Below, piece after piece: positions 25,704-32,000 of a DNA stretch of 32,000 nucleotides. Position 1 is the first letter of the stretch. The number at the start of each line of letters is the position of its first letter. The notes below the pieces were generated by a model that saw only the letters and a program-made list of their open reading frames with translations, was not told the DNA's origin and searched no databases. The position numbers were made by a program, and so were the translations under genes. Origin of the DNA: Mycobacterium tuberculosis H37Rv (GTDB taxonomy: Bacteria > Actinomycetota > Actinomycetes > Mycobacteriales > Mycobacteriaceae); the NCBI RefSeq assembly GCF_000195955.2, contig NC_000962.3, positions 4,050,001 to 4,082,000 of the forward strand, in the 5' to 3' direction.

Positions 25704-26984
25704 TTGACCAGCTTCCTGGAGAGCCTTGGCTATGGGCCAAGGAGGAAGCGAGTGTTGAGCGTGGAGGATTGGGCCGAGATCCGGCGGTTGCGCCGGTCGG
25801 AGCGGTTGCCGATTTCGGAGATCGCGCGGGTGTTGAAGATTTCGCGGAACACGGTGAAGTCGGCGTTGGCCTCCGATGGGCCGCCGAAGTACCAGCGTGC
25901 GGCGAAGGGCTCGGTTGCAGATGAGGCCGAGCCGCGGATCCGGGAGTTGTTGGCAGCCTATCCGCGGATGCCTGCGACGGTGATCGCCGAGCGGATCGGT
26001 TGGTGGTATTCGATCCGGACGCTCAGCGGGCGAGTACGCGAGTTGCGGCCGCTGTATCTGCCGCCGGATCCGGCGTCGCGCGACATATGTGGCCGGTGAG
26101 ATCGGGCAGTGCGACTTCTGGTTCCCCGATGTCGTTGTGCCGGTGGGGTACGGCCAGGTCCGCACCGCCACGGCGTTACCTGTGCTGACCATGGTGTGTG
26201 GGTATTCGCGGTGGGCCTCGGCGCTGTTGATCCCGACACGCACCGCCGAAGACTTGTATGCCGGGTGGTGGCAGCATCTTTCGACGTTGGGCGCCGTTCC
26301 AAGGGTGTTGGTGTGGGACGGCGAGGGCGCGGTCGGGCGGTGGTGGGCGCGCCAACCTGAACTGACTGCGGCATGCCATGCCTTCCGCGGCACCCTGGCC
26401 GCCAAAGTGTGGATCTGTAAACCGGTGATCCCGAAGCCAAGGGGCTGGTCGAACGTTTCCACGACTACCTGGAGCGGGCGTTCTTGCCGGGTCGGGTCTT
26501 TGCCTCTCCGGCGGATTTCAATACCCAGTTGCAGGCCTGGCTGGTGCGGGCCAATCACCGCCAGCACCGAGTGCTGGGATGTCGACCGGCAGATCGCATC
26601 GAGGCCGATACCGCAGCGATGCTGACATTGCCGCCGGTCGGGCCCAGCATCGGGTGGCGAACCTCGACACGGCTGCCGCGCGATCATTACGTGCGCCTCG
26701 ACGGCAACGACTACTCGGTGCATCCGGTCGCGATCGGCCGGCGCATCGAGATCACCGCAGATCTGAGCCGGGTCCGGGTCTGGTGTGGCGGCACCCTGGT
26801 CGCCGATCATGACCGCATCTGGGCCAAACACCAGACGATCAGCGATCCCGAGCATGTCGTGGCCGCCAAACTGCTGCGACGCAAACGGTTCGACATCGTC
26901 GGTCCACCCCACCACGTTGAGGTCGAACAACGTCTCCTGACCACCTACGACACCGTGTTGGGCCTTGACGGGCCGGTGGCCTGA
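25704..26984 (+). pseudogene. istA-like IS21 transposase, disrupted by two frameshifts (Rv3636/Rv3637 region)
   Basis: Homologous-looking protein runs in three blocks: frame of 25704 (HTH MTSFLESLGYGPRRKRVLSVEDWAEIRRL...), frame of 26089 (VAGEIGQCDFWFPDVVVPVGYGQVRTATALPVLTMVCGYSRW...), then back to the first frame (GDPEAKGLVERFHDYLERAFLPGRVFASPADFNTQ... to 26984). Confidence 0.88.
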
Positions 26985-27730
26985 TGGCAGCCAAGACCGC
27001 TACCAACAGCCGCGATGTGGCCGCCGAGCTGGCGTATCTGACCCGGGCGCTGAAAGCCCCCACCCTGCGCGGGGCCATCGAGCAGCTCGCTGACCGCGCC
27101 CGCACCAAGACTTGGAGCTATGAGGAGTTCCTCGCAGCGTGTCTGCAACGCGAGGTGTCGGCCCGCGAATCCCACGGCGGCGAAGGACGCATCAGGGCCG
27201 CCCGCTTCCCATCGCGCAAGTCGTTGGAGGAGTTCGACTTCGACCACGCCCGCGGTCTCAAACGCGACACCATAGCGCATCTGGGCACCCTGGACTTCGT
27301 CACCCTAGCAATCGGGATCGCGATCCGCGCCTGCCAGGCCGGCCACCGCGTCCTATTCGCCACCGCCTCGCAATGGGTTGATCGTCTGGCCGCCGCCCAC
27401 CACAGCGGCACCCTGCAATCTGAACTGATTCGGCTGGCCCGATACCCGCTGCTGGTCGTCGACGAAGTGGGCTACATCCCCTTCGAACCCGAAGCCGCCA
27501 ACCTGTTCTTCCAATTGGTGTCGTCCCGCTACGAACGGGCCAGCCTCATCGTCACGTCAAATAAGCCCTTCGGGCGCTGGGGCGAAGTATTCGGCGACGA
27601 CGTCGTAGCCGCGGCCATGATCGACCGACTCGTGCACCACGCCGAAGTCATCGCACTCAAAGGAGACAGCTACCGCATCAAAGACCGAGACCTCGGCCGC
27701 GTCCCCACCGTCACGGCCGACGACCAATGA
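26984..27730 (+). CDS. IstB-like helper ATPase lacking the Walker A loop (Rv3638-like)
   Basis: 248 aa; YEEFLAACLQREVSARESHGGEGRIRAARFPSRKSLEEFDFDHARGLKRD, Walker B YPLLVVDEVGYIPF, TSNKPFGRWGEVFGDDVVAAAMIDRLVHHAEVI; LDFVTLAIGIAIRACQAGHRV has no GxxGxGKT. Confidence 0.88.
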   Translation: MAAKTATNSRDVAAELAYLTRALKAPTLRGAIEQLADRARTKTWSYEEFLAACLQREVSARESHGGEGRIRAARFPSRKSLEEFDFDHARGLKRDTIAHLGTLDFVTLAIGIAIRACQAGHRVLFATASQWVDRLAAAHHSGTLQSELIRLARYPLLVVDEVGYIPFEPEAANLFFQLVSSRYERASLIVTSNKPFGRWGEVFGDDVVAAAMIDRLVHHAEVIALKGDSYRIKDRDLGRVPTVTADDQ

Positions 27731-27883
27731 AACCAAGCTGGTCAATTTTCGATTGCCGACACCTGATCAGTTTTCGGTTGCCGTTGACATAGTGCCCAAA
27801 ACACGCACCCACATCAGATGCAGAACCCCTTGACAACCAATAGGGAATCTCTTCGCATGATGGAGGTTGCTGGCACCAATCCA

Positions 27884-28450
27884 TCAGGAAGGCCCTTGTT
27901 GACCGGCACTGGGTTGGGGGTCCACCGCGATGGGTGAGTATGGCAAGTGCGGCACGTATGCACCCGTCTTGGTGCACGCGGCCAAGGGCAGCCCGTTAGC
28001 GCCGTCGCCCAGCGTGAACTGAGGGCGGAGAATCGGCCGGAATCTCGCCCTCAGTGCACGCTCGGCGCCGTTTGGCCTCACCCGGTCAACGTGAACTGTC
28101 CGGGGCGGGCACTGTCGCGTAGCGAGCCCACGTGGGGCCGGGGTCGGCCCGCCAAAAACGCCCCGGCGCGGCCAGCTCATGAGCGGGTACGCAAGCTCAA
28201 GCAGATCTCCGTAGCCGTGACGGAGTGCTTCATCGATGTCCGCAGCGATGGCAGCGGCCAGTGCGTGCCTAAACCCGTCTTGCGCAGAGTCTTTCGCAGC
28301 GGGCGGGTAGTTGCACGTCGTCGCCGAAGTGCTGACGATCCCGTTGCGGTCGGAGACCGCGAGTAGCCAGCGCGCGTCCGGGGCAGCATCTCGCGCAGCA
28401 CGCTGAAGTGTCGCGGCACCGGAAGCCGGGGGCGTGAAGAGACCCGCCAT
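27884..28450 (-). CDS. Hypothetical protein (Rv3639c-like)
   Basis: 188-aa ORF between two IS elements; no recognised domain. Confidence 0.5.
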   Translation of the reverse strand: MAGLFTPPASGAATLQRAARDAAPDARWLLAVSDRNGIVSTSATTCNYPPAAKDSAQDGFRHALAAAIAADIDEALRHGYGDLLELAYPLMSWPRRGVFGGPTPAPRGLATRQCPPRTVHVDRVRPNGAERALRARFRPILRPQFTLGDGANGLPLAACTKTGAYVPHLPYSPIAVDPQPSAGQQGPS

Positions 28451-28475
28451 GACACCGGCTGGACGGCGCGGGGCA

Positions 28476-29865
28476 GAGTCCCGCGGAGTGGTGGGCTTCG
28501 ACGTTGAGTTCGTCGGTGCCTACTGGCCGCCGCTGATTGCGGCGACCACAGCATTATCGCTATCGGGGTAGAGCAGCGCCATAGAGGCCTCGGAGAGGTA
28601 GCGGCGCTCGCTGGCCTGCCATTCGTCGTGCATGTCGGCCAGGACGGCGCCCACAAGGCGGATCACGGCTGCAGGATTCGGGAAGATCCCCACGACGCGG
28701 GAGCGTCGCTTGATCTCCTTATTGATGCGCTCCAATGGATTGGTCGACCAGATCTTTTGCCAGTGCGCCTTGGGAAATGCGGTGAACGCCAATACTTCTG
28801 CCCTGGCGTCGTCCATCAGCGGGCCGATCTTGGGAAACGACGCGGCGAGGCGATCACGGACCCCCTCCCAGGTCGCGTGCACCGCCTCGGCGTCGGGTGC
28901 CGAGAAAATCATTCGAAACATGCTGGCGACCATGTCGGCCTTGTCCTTGGGCACGTGGGCGAGCAGATTGCGCGCGAAGTGCACCCGACAGCGCTGATGC
29001 CCAGCGCCCTGGAAACAGCGCTTCAACGCCTTCACCAGCCCGGCGTGCTGGTCACTGATCACCAGCCGGACACCACCGAGGCCGCGCCCCTTGAGCGAGG
29101 TCAGGAACCCGCGCCAGAAGGTCTCATCCTCGCTGTCGCCGACGTCGAGGCCGAGGATCTCGCGTGACCCGTCGGCGGCGATGCCGCTGGCAACGATGAC
29201 GGCCATCGACACCACCTGGCCAGTACCGTTGCGCACGTTGAGATAGGTGGCGTCGAGGTAGACGTAGGGGAACTCGATGTGCCCGAGCGTGCGGGTGCGG
29301 AACGCGCCGACGATCTCGTCGAGTCCGGCACAGATCCGCGACACCTCGGATTTGGAGATGCCGGTCTCCACACCCATCGCCTCGACCAGGTCGTCGACCG
29401 CACGGGTAGAGATACCGTGCACGTAGGCCTCCATCACCACCGCGTACAAGGCCTGATCGATCCGCCGGCGCGGCTCGAGGATCGCCGGGAAGAAAGAGCC
29501 CTTGCGCAGCTTAGGGATTCGCAGTTCCACGTCACCGGCCTGCGTGGACAGCACCCGCGATCGGGCACCGTTGCGATCGGTCACCCGAGTGTCGCTGCGT
29601 TCATAACGGGCAGCGCCGATCCGTTCAGTGGCTTCGAGCTCGCTGAGTTCCTGCAACACCAGACGGACGGCATCACGGATCAAGTCGACGCCATCACCAG
29701 TGCGGAACGCGTCGAGCAACTCGGACAGGGCAGACTGTGGCAAGGCCATCGGCGGGATCTCCTTCGGTGCGTGCTTGGCGGTACACACCGACGATCTCGC
29801 CGACGGCCCCTACCTCATCGGAGCCACTCCGCAACAACCCCTAAACCCACCACGCTGCGGGACGC
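28476..29865 (-). mobile_element. IS256/Mutator-family insertion sequence, boundaries tentative
   Basis: Contains the Rv3640c-like transposase; imperfect inverted pair GAGTCCCGCGGAGTGGTGGGCTTC (28476-28499) and TAAACCCACCACGCTGCGGGACGC (29842-29865). No clear target duplication. Confidence 0.55.
28520..29746 (-). CDS. IS256/Mutator-family transposase (Rv3640c-like)
   Basis: 408 aa from MALPQSALSELLDAF; FPYVYLDATYLNVR (DDE Asp), VRLVISDQHAGLVKALKRCFQGAGHQRCRVHFARNLLAHVP, WSTNPLERINKEIKRRSRVVGIFPN. Confidence 0.93.
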   Translation of the reverse strand, partial: ALPQSALSELLDAFRTGDGVDLIRDAVRLVLQELSELEATERIGAARYERSDTRVTDRNGARSRVLSTQAGDVELRIPKLRKGSFFPAILEPRRRIDQALYAVVMEAYVHGISTRAVDDLVEAMGVETGISKSEVSRICAGLDEIVGAFRTRTLGHIEFPYVYLDATYLNVRNGTGQVVSMAVIVASGIAADGSREILGLDVGDSEDETFWRGFLTSLKGRGLGGVRLVISDQHAGLVKALKRCFQGAGHQRCRVHFARNLLAHVPKDKADMVASMFRMIFSAPDAEAVHATWEGVRDRLAASFPKIGPLMDDARAEVLAFTAFPKAHWQKIWSTNPLERINKEIKRRSRVVGIFPNPAAVIRLVGAVLADMHDEWQASERRYLSEASMALLYPDSDNAVVAAISGGQ

Positions 29866-29924
29866 TTACCGGCGGCGTGGCACAACGTTCGGTATCGCTG
29901 ATCGGCATCAGGAGGTTAGTGCGA

Positions 29925-30560
29925 TCAGAAGTCGTAAGTGGGCTCGGCGTCGAGGATCCCCTTGAACATCGCGACCAGGCCCGTGAGATCAGAGTTGGCG
30001 CGCGCCACGTGACAAGCGCCGTGCAACTCTTCCAGGTCGGTCTTCCCCCAGTCGAGGCCAGAACCGCGTTCGGACAACAGGAGATCGAAGAACTCGCGGG
30101 TCGAGCGGCCGTTGCCCTCGCGGAACGGGTGGGCATAGTTCACGTAGTCGTACCGGTATGCGACCTGGCCAGCGAGATCACCTTCGCCGACCGCTCTGAG
30201 CCGGTCGAGCTGGTAGATCTCCGCAGCCACATGCTCCATGGGCCGACTGATGCCGCCCGGCGCGCAGAAAGACTCGTCCTCCTTCTCGATGCCGACTGTC
30301 CGCAGATCTCCCGCCCAGACGTAAATGTCCTGGAACAGCTGGCGGTGAATCGCCCGCAGGTATGCGAGATCTGTGCGGTCGCCCAGCAGATTGGGATCCT
30401 CGCGGAGTTCGATCACCCGGGCCTCAACGAGGTCGTTCTCGGCATCACGCAGTTCGGCATGCGTTCGAGCGCCGACCCGGTTCCTCAAGACGGACATAGC
30501 GGGGATGAAGTAGCCCTGCCAATTCCGTTCGTGATCGCCGGTGTCCCATGGATGCGGCAC
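29925..30560 (-). CDS. fic: Fic-domain protein (putative AMP-transferase toxin)
   Basis: GTG start at 30560 gives 211 aa (V/M)PHPWDTGDHERNWQGYFIPAMSVLRNRVG...; core motif HPFREGNGRSTR at 30096-30131 matches HxFx(D/E)GNGRxxR. Confidence 0.93.
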   Translation of the reverse strand: MPHPWDTGDHERNWQGYFIPAMSVLRNRVGARTHAELRDAENDLVEARVIELREDPNLLGDRTDLAYLRAIHRQLFQDIYVWAGDLRTVGIEKEDESFCAPGGISRPMEHVAAEIYQLDRLRAVGEGDLAGQVAYRYDYVNYAHPFREGNGRSTREFFDLLLSERGSGLDWGKTDLEELHGACHVARANSDLTGLVAMFKGILDAEPTYDF

Positions 30561-30570
30561 TCCACCCCGG

Positions 30571-30765
30571 TTACTGGATGTTGTACCGGCGGCGGACGCG
30601 CTCACCCAACTCGGCTGCCGTGATCTTGCCGCGGGCGTAGTCGTTCTGATCGGCACGGGTGGCGGCGGTGCTGCGGGTGCCCTCCAGCTCGGTGTTGCGG
30701 CGAGTTGCCCTGACATTCCTGAAGCGCCGCTTCACCTTCTGCAACTCGGTCGCCTGGACAAACAC
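30571..30765 (-). CDS. Small VbhA-like Fic antitoxin candidate (Rv3642c-like)
   Basis: 64 aa immediately upstream of fic; ...RRNTELEGTRSTAATRADQNDYARGKITAAELGERVRRRY resembles the ...(S/T)xxxEG...xxGxITxxEL pattern of VbhA-type antitoxins. Confidence 0.65.
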   Translation of the reverse strand: MFVQATELQKVKRRFRNVRATRRNTELEGTRSTAATRADQNDYARGKITAAELGERVRRRYNIQ

Positions 30766-30899
30766 TTCATCTCATTTGGTGGTCCTGACCAGGATAGTCG
30801 ACAGCGCTGACATTGCAGGAAGTTGACCGTCAAGCACAGCACGGTTCTCCACCGCTGATGTACGACCATCATGTCTCGTTGGTCCTGTAATCGACGGCG

Positions 30900-31351
30900 T
30901 CCCACCGGCTCGACAAGAAATCCCACCAGGTGACTGGACGCAAGGCCGGTGGGGCCCCCTACACCGTCACCATCCCGGAGTTCGGAGCCGCAGCTTTGCG
31001 CGAGCAGCGGGCACTGGTCATCCCGTTCGACCCGGTGTTTCCGGCCCGGCGCGGCACCCGCTAGTCCGAGGCCAACGTCGCACCCACTGGCGGGCGATCC
31101 GCGGAGAGGACTTCAAATGGGTTGTCCCGCACTCGATCCGCAAGTCCGTCGTCACCGCGGTGGAACGCTCGATAGGGCTGGAAGCCGCGGCCCAGCAGGC
31201 CGGGCACAGCGGCAGCGAGATCACCCGGCGGCACTACGTCGAGCGGTCCGTGACGGTGCCCGACTACACCGCCGCCCTGGACGAGTATTCGCGCCCTATC
31301 CGCGCCTTCAGGCCATTAAAGAGCAACAGGCCGGGTGATATACCGACCTGA
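30900..31351 (+). pseudogene. Tyrosine recombinase (phage-type integrase) C-terminal remnant
   Basis: Frame 1: GAPYTVTIPEFGAAALREQRALVIPFDPVFPARRGTR*(TAG 31062); after a stop and frame change: HWRAIRGEDFKWVVPHSIRKSVVTAVERSIGLEAAAQQAGHSGSEITRRHYVERS, with HxxR, GH and catalytic-Tyr context. Confidence 0.82.
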
Positions 31352-31364
31352 CCTGCAAAGATGG

Positions 31365-31437
31365 AGCCGCCTAGGAGAATCGAACTCCTGACCTATTCAT
31401 TACGAGTGAATCGCTCTACCGACTGAGCTAAGGCGGC
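31365..31437 (-). tRNA. tRNA-Thr (anticodon CGT), genome-encoded CCA at 31362-31364
   Basis: Reverse strand GCCGCCTTAGCTCAGTCGGTAGAGCGATTCACTCGTAATGAATAGGTCAGGAGTTCGATTCTCCTAGGCGGCT: acceptor GCCGCCT/AGGCGGC, anticodon stem ATTCA/TGAAT with loop CTCGTAA, T-stem AGGAG/CTCCT. Confidence 0.97.
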
Positions 31438-31515
31438 TTTTCCCCTGGGTGCCCGCTTGCCGGGCGGCACGAGTCTACGGCAGGCGGGCCGGCCCGCCCA
31501 AGTTTGCGGCGGTCG

Positions 31516-32000
31516 CTACCGCAGTTCCTGGCCGATGGTGGCGACCATGGCATCGACGGCGAACTTCGGTTTGACGTTGACCGCTAGCGCTTCCCTGCAC
31601 GCCAACACCGCTTCGATGCAGCGCAGCAGCCGCTCCGGCGGGGCGTGGGCGGCCAGCGCAGCAACCCGGTCGGCCATATCCGGGTGGTTGGCCCGCACCC
31701 CACCCGCGTGGGCTGCGACCAACAGTGCATCCCGGAAGTAGGTCGCCAGATCGATCAGTGCCCGGTCCAGCGCATCGCGCGAGGCCCGCGTCTGCCGGGA
31801 TTTCTGCCGTCGTTCAAGATCCTTCATCGCGCCGGTGGCACCACGCAACGCCGCGCCGGTGCCTTTACCGGTACCTCCGGCTCCCAGCGCCGTCCGCAGT
31901 TCTTCGGTCTCGGCCTCGATACGCTGCGCGGTCAACGCTAAGGCCTCGGCCTCGGCGCCGGCCACCAACTCCTCGGCGGCTGCGTAGGCACGCGAGGGTG
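31516..32000 (-). CDS. DNA polymerase III delta' subunit-like protein (Rv3644c-like), N-terminal part beyond window
   Basis: C-terminal delta'-type sequence ...KSRQTRASRDALDRALIDLATYFRDALLVAAHAGGVRANHPDMADRVAALAAHAPPERLLRCIEAVLACREALAVNVKPKFAVDAMVATIGQELR. Confidence 0.82.
   Translation of the reverse strand, partial: PSRAYAAAEELVAGAEAEALALTAQRIEAETEELRTALGAGGTGKGTGAALRGATGAMKDLERRQKSRQTRASRDALDRALIDLATYFRDALLVAAHAGGVRANHPDMADRVAALAAHAPPERLLRCIEAVLACREALAVNVKPKFAVDAMVATIGQELR

Larger units (their letters stand above)
25660..27789 (+). mobile_element. IS21-family insertion sequence, 2,130 bp, degenerate, with 5-bp TSD TAGTG (25655-25659 and 27790-27794)
   Basis: Terminal inverted repeats each containing two GGCAAC(C/T)GAA(A/T)A(C/T)TGA(C/T)CAG-type copies: left 25666-25685 and 25692-25711; right (reverse) 27738-27757 and 27763-27782; istA and istB-like genes inside. 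Confidence 0.88.

Noticed and set aside
25479-26930. 483-aa reverse-strand ORF
   Set aside because: Antisense to istA with low-complexity Arg/Pro/Thr composition and no recognisable domain; an artefact of high GC.
28520-29746. IS1081 copy
   Set aside because: From memory the IS1081 transposase begins MTSSHLIDTEQLLADQLAQASPDLL and differs throughout; this is another IS256/Mutator-family transposase.
28460-29880. Target-site duplication for the IS256-type element
   Set aside because: Flanks (..GGCTGGACGGCGCGGGGCA and TTACCGGCGGCGTGG..) share only GGCG-like low-complexity sequence; no 8-9 bp match found.

Overview
The window matches the ftsH/folE to holB-like segment of a Mycobacterium tuberculosis complex chromosome; I recognise the gene order from memory, not from a search. 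In order it contains: folE (partial) and ftsH; a 111-bp VNTR; the espACD (ESX-1 co-secretion) operon and its long upstream regulatory gap; ephA and a luciferase-like monooxygenase; a PE32-PPE65-esxW-esxV cassette (RD8 region intact); lpqG, hpt, tilS, an Rv3626c-like zincin, dacB and ppa; a DUF475/TerC-like membrane protein; an envelope-polysaccharide cluster (Rv3630-Rv3635-like); then a roughly 6-kb accessory segment ending at a tRNA-Thr(CGT). The accessory segment holds a decayed but fully bounded IS21-family element (terminal repeats plus a 5-bp TAGTG target duplication), an IS256/Mutator-family transposase gene, a Fic/VbhA-like toxin-antitoxin pair and a broken tyrosine recombinase next to the tRNA. 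I see no clearly novel defence system. The most useful less-obvious observations are: (i) a 26-codon ORF with a strong RBS, overlapping the start of the phytanoyl-CoA-dioxygenase-like gene by one base (TGATG); (ii) an IS21 element whose istA has two frameshifts and whose istB lacks its P-loop; (iii) an integrase remnant at tRNA-Thr, suggesting an old tRNA-targeted island; (iv) a hairpin in every 111-bp VNTR unit, with the repeat also encoding the C-terminus of the neighbouring ORF; and (v) a 46-bp-spaced duplication at the 3' end of the DUF2304 gene.
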